A stretch of DNA of 64,000 nt from the human T2T-CHM13v2.0 reference genome, Homo sapiens. Location of the stretch: assembly GCF_009914755.1 (NCBI RefSeq), contig NC_060925.1; one strand, 5' to 3'. Shown one piece after another: positions 59,727-64,000 of the stretch. Each line of letters opens with the position of its first letter. The first letter of the stretch is position 1. Under the pieces are notes generated by a model. The model saw only the letters and a list, made by a program, of their open reading frames with translations. It ran no database searches and was not told where the DNA came from. The position numbers and the translations under genes were made by a program.

Positions 59727-62700
59727 GTATATTAAAGATAAGCAGTTATTGTTGTTAATAATTATTTAATTTGTCATGAAAGGTGACTACTCTAGTTCTT
59801 CCCTTCCTTTAGAAATTGATCAAGAAAGGGCTCTTGTGTTTATCACAAAGTCCTGGTGACCAGGAATTCTGTGTTGTATTTGTGGATGTGACATACTCAA
59901 GTCTATGTGCATTTTGAGTCCTGAACAGCACGTAATGCATTCTCAGCACTAAATAATTGATGGTGATAATTAAGCATGAAAAAGTTACATGGGCTCTCTG
60001 TGCTTCTCCTTTGGTATTCCTGCAGTTGGGTTCGTTCTTACTATATATCATTCATTAATAACTCATAGTTAAAAGCATCAATAAACTATAGATGTTTCTG
60101 ATTTCTCTACTCTGCAAAATAGTGTTTATCTGATAAATGTCAGGATTGAAAATATTAACTATATGTTTAACTTTCAGTGTTTCATACTTCCCTTAAGAGA
60201 TGTACCACTGAATGCTTAGAAACCTGATTTTAAATAGGTATATTTTTTAAAGGAGACTTAAGAGCGATATCAAAAAATCACATTCAGCATTTTAAATGCA
60301 CTATTTCTAAGAATGTTTTGTTGAATTATATGGTAGAAGACTTTTTGTATTATGAATACCCATGGGCAAATTGGAAGCATAAACTTGGATTTTCTCATGT
60401 TTAAATGACTTAAAGACAAGTTGTATATTTTTATTCATTGTTACAGATTTGTTTCCTCTTCATGATAAATTTATGTGCAGGTCTGATTGTACAGTTTAAA
60501 GTTTGGTCTACATTTTGTTTCTTCCTGGCTGAGCACCTCTGTGTTGAGTGCTAATAGCTTTTTTTTTTAATCTAGGTTAACTACTGTGAGATAGTGGGGC
60601 CCCAATGAAACATATAAGCATACCTTTTAAAATGTTGCCAAATAGTCTTCAGAGAACATACTTAATACAAAAATGCTGTGCAGACATCATTCCGATTGAT
60701 CGACTGATGGATGACTCCGCAGTTTGGATTAGAGAGAGTAAGAATTAGCCAGCCAGCATGATTTGAAAATGTCACAGGAGGGTGCCAGCAGGATGATGTC
60801 AGCCCTTGCTTTGGCCTATGCAGCATAGCACAGTCATTTCATAAAGAATTGATACTATGACACAGGGTGCTGGATGTGCATTGGGCACATCTGTAATTAT
60901 AGAACTGAGTTTCTGAATGAGTCAAAACAAGGTTTAGTTAGTTCATAATGTTCAAAAATAGCTGTTTTTAAATTAGACTCTGCTAATTTAAATTATTGTT
61001 TAAAAAATTAGCATTTTCAGTGGCTGCTTTATATTCCTTTAGAGCAATGGCCTACATGTTTAATATAGTCATTTTGAATAGGCATTGCTTTTTATTCATG
61101 TAAAGTCTGTATTTCCCTCTATCTTAGTAGCCTGGTAAAAACTGAACCCTGATTTCCAGTATTCAGTTGTTTAAAGATTAGTATATTAACTCTGTATTTT
61201 TAAGAAATTTTCCCAGTGAAAGAATTTTCTGAAAAGAATGTCATAGGAAAATCTAGGCTAATACTTCTCTACACAGCACTCAGTATTTGTTATTGCTCTA
61301 CAGAGTAATTTAAGTTATAGAGTCCATTGAATCTTGTGGCTGGGTTGGATATTACCCAAAGCTGCATTCAAAGGAAGAGCAGTGGTAATATCTAAATATA
61401 TAGTTTGAACTATATATGTGGACATAACTTACAAATATTAAAATAAAAGGAGTAGTCATATATATAACCAAACATTTCCTCTGTACTGAGGTATATTCAG
61501 TATTATACTATGTACATTTAAAAAGTAACCCTGTAAGTTACACTAATGCAGGAGTTTGTATGGAAGTATTGCATGTTCGCAGGATTTCAGAGGCACTTTC
61601 TTAATAATGTGTTAATGGTGTTAATGTCTGTTTTATTTATTCTTTGGATTTTTTTGTTTTCATTTTTGGGTTTTTGTTGTTGTTACATAAAATAAAACTA
61701 TATAAGGCTATTTGTGCCCTATATAAAATAGCTATTTTAAAGAGAATTTTAAAGTGTCATATTGTCTTATGTGCCCATGCATTTATATAGTGGTCACAAG
61801 TGTGTCTTATAAATAGTATAATCATGTAGTAACGTCCCCTGTACCTGAGTTTCAGTGCAGTTAAGGGGCGTAATTGCAGGGTCTTTTAATACACAGTTTA
61901 CTATCTACAAGTACTTACCTTAGCAGGCAATTGTTTTTGTTTTTTCTTTTTTTAAAAAAAAAAGTATGGTAAACCTTCATACTTTAGTTTTACAAAGTAA
62001 TAATAAACTGTTTTGATATTAACATGTTTTAATTTGTATAGCACTTTATATTCAAGACATTTTACACATGTATTTCTGATTTGACACTTATTTGTTAAAT
62101 GCTTTATTTTATCTGGCTCATAGTAGAAGACTATTACAGTGACCTGCAGAAAAAAATATTGACTCTGGGCAACTAGTGAGATTTACAACTTTACTATTAA
62201 ATAAGCTTTTTTATTACAACTCTTTTGAAACCAAACATATTGAGATCATTTCCTTTCGTAGGGCTTAAATATGTATTTCCCACCTTATTTTCCTGTTCCA
62301 TCTACTCATATTGTTGTTAACTAAATGTTAACCATTTAAATAAGTTTCCCTTCTTTCTCTCTTAATCAGAAGAGAGGGGAACCATGCTCAGATCAAATAG
62401 GAATGTCTGTTTACACTTTTGTAATCAGTCACTTTATTATGTTAATTCTAGTTCTACCTATGTTGTAATTTTAATAGAATTCTTCAAGACTCTCCAGGTA
62501 GGGTATCATTAATACTGCTAATTTAATCCTCTTAAAATATTTGCCAGGAAAGGTATTTCTACAGTTTTTATCATGTGTTCCAACCCTAAGTATCTAAATT
62601 TTTATTATGACCAAATTTTATTATGACCAATAATGATCTTTCCATATTTGTGTTAATGATAAAATATTCCTGTTTGTAGCTTATACATATATACATATTT

Positions 62701-62788
62701 TTTCTAACCTATAATGCTTTTAGAAGTTATCCTAAAATCCAACTTGATATTCATATGATAAACAGAATTCAGAAATTAAGAATTTTTA

Positions 62789-63064
<276 letters not shown>

Positions 63065-63072
63065 TCAAAAAA

Positions 63073-63137
63073 AAAAGAATTTAAAAAGGAATTTAAAAGA
63101 ATTTAAAAAGGAATTTAAAAGAATTTAAAAAGGAATT
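63073..63137 (+). repeat. Three tandem copies of the 22-bp unit AAAAGAATTTAAAAAGGAATTT
   Basis: Direct observation, immediately after an Alu tail. Confidence 0.9.
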
Positions 63138-64000
63138 AGATTATTCTAGGTGTATCTTTTTTCCTTGTAAAATGGAATGATGGTTAGCTGTTTTCAAAAA
63201 ACAAGACATTTAAATTATAGTACAAAACACCTTTTTAAAGTGTGTAGAGGCTAGAAGCATGGTATACAGTATTTGCATTTTAATTATAAGCCACCTCTTA
63301 AATATATTCATTTCCTAGTCATTACTGCTTAAAAAAAAATGCTTCCCAACTAAAATTTATGCTACTTTAGGATAAACAAAATTTTTTCCGATTGTATAAA
63401 GATGTCAACTTTAGTTATTTTTTATATAATTATTTTTTATATTTAGTTATTTTTTATAATTACTACCTTTTAATATAAAACAGAAAATGACAGAACTATG
63501 TTCAGGTGGCTTATGCTTATAGTAAAAGTTACCTTTTCTTGTAGTTCATTCACCTTTTTAAGATAAATGAAGTTGCAAGTCTAGAAATTGTCTTCTCTCT
63601 TGTACTAACAAAAAGATAGAAGGGTTTGTAAAGGAGAAAAAGTAGATTTGGCAGTTGATTAAAAATAAAAGGATGGTAACATAGTACATGAATGATCAAA
63701 AGGAAGTGGAACAAGGAGATGCATATCTTTTCATCTGAAAAGCACCCTTTTGCTTTAGGGATTATTTTTCTATTATAACAGACACCATAAGAACGGAGGT
63801 TCAAAAGTATAATTGTCAGCCCTCTGATACACTTACATTAAATAATTAATGATTCAAAATTTCCAGCATTTTTGTAATGGAATGTAACTTATAATGTGAT
63901 TTTGACTTTTAGCCCCTTCCATGTATACATCAGTCACTGTTCTGCTGCTATTGCTACCTTTTCTACCTCTTAATATGGAATTCTTGAAGAGATTTACAGG

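Overview
Human (primate) genomic DNA, rich in Alu, L1, LTR and DNA-transposon repeats. It holds the CpG-island promoter and first ten coding exons of RCOR3 (REST corepressor 3/CoREST3) on the + strand. I assembled the exons by hand from GT-AG boundaries. They join in frame to 1075 nt (358 codons plus 1 nt), covering the Gly/Ser-rich N-terminus, ELM2, SANT1, the linker/coiled coil and the start of SANT2; the gene continues past the window end. Positions 1-13 kb are repeat-dense upstream sequence. Nearly all ORFs in the supplied track are Alu, L1 or GC-content artefacts. I see no new multi-gene system. The best leads are post-transcriptional: a strong-Kozak uORF, a duplicated intron-1 donor defining a possible 15-nt in-frame microexon, an in-frame exonisable antisense Alu, candidate stop/poison exons in introns 8 and 10, and circRNA- and editing-prone inverted Alus. 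Structural oddities include an ancient RTE-clade reverse transcriptase fossil, a ~170-bp direct repeat bracketing exon 4, a very young AluYa insertion and an AT-rich quasi-palindrome. Repeat family names come from recall of consensus sequences, not from a database search, and repeat coordinates are approximate.
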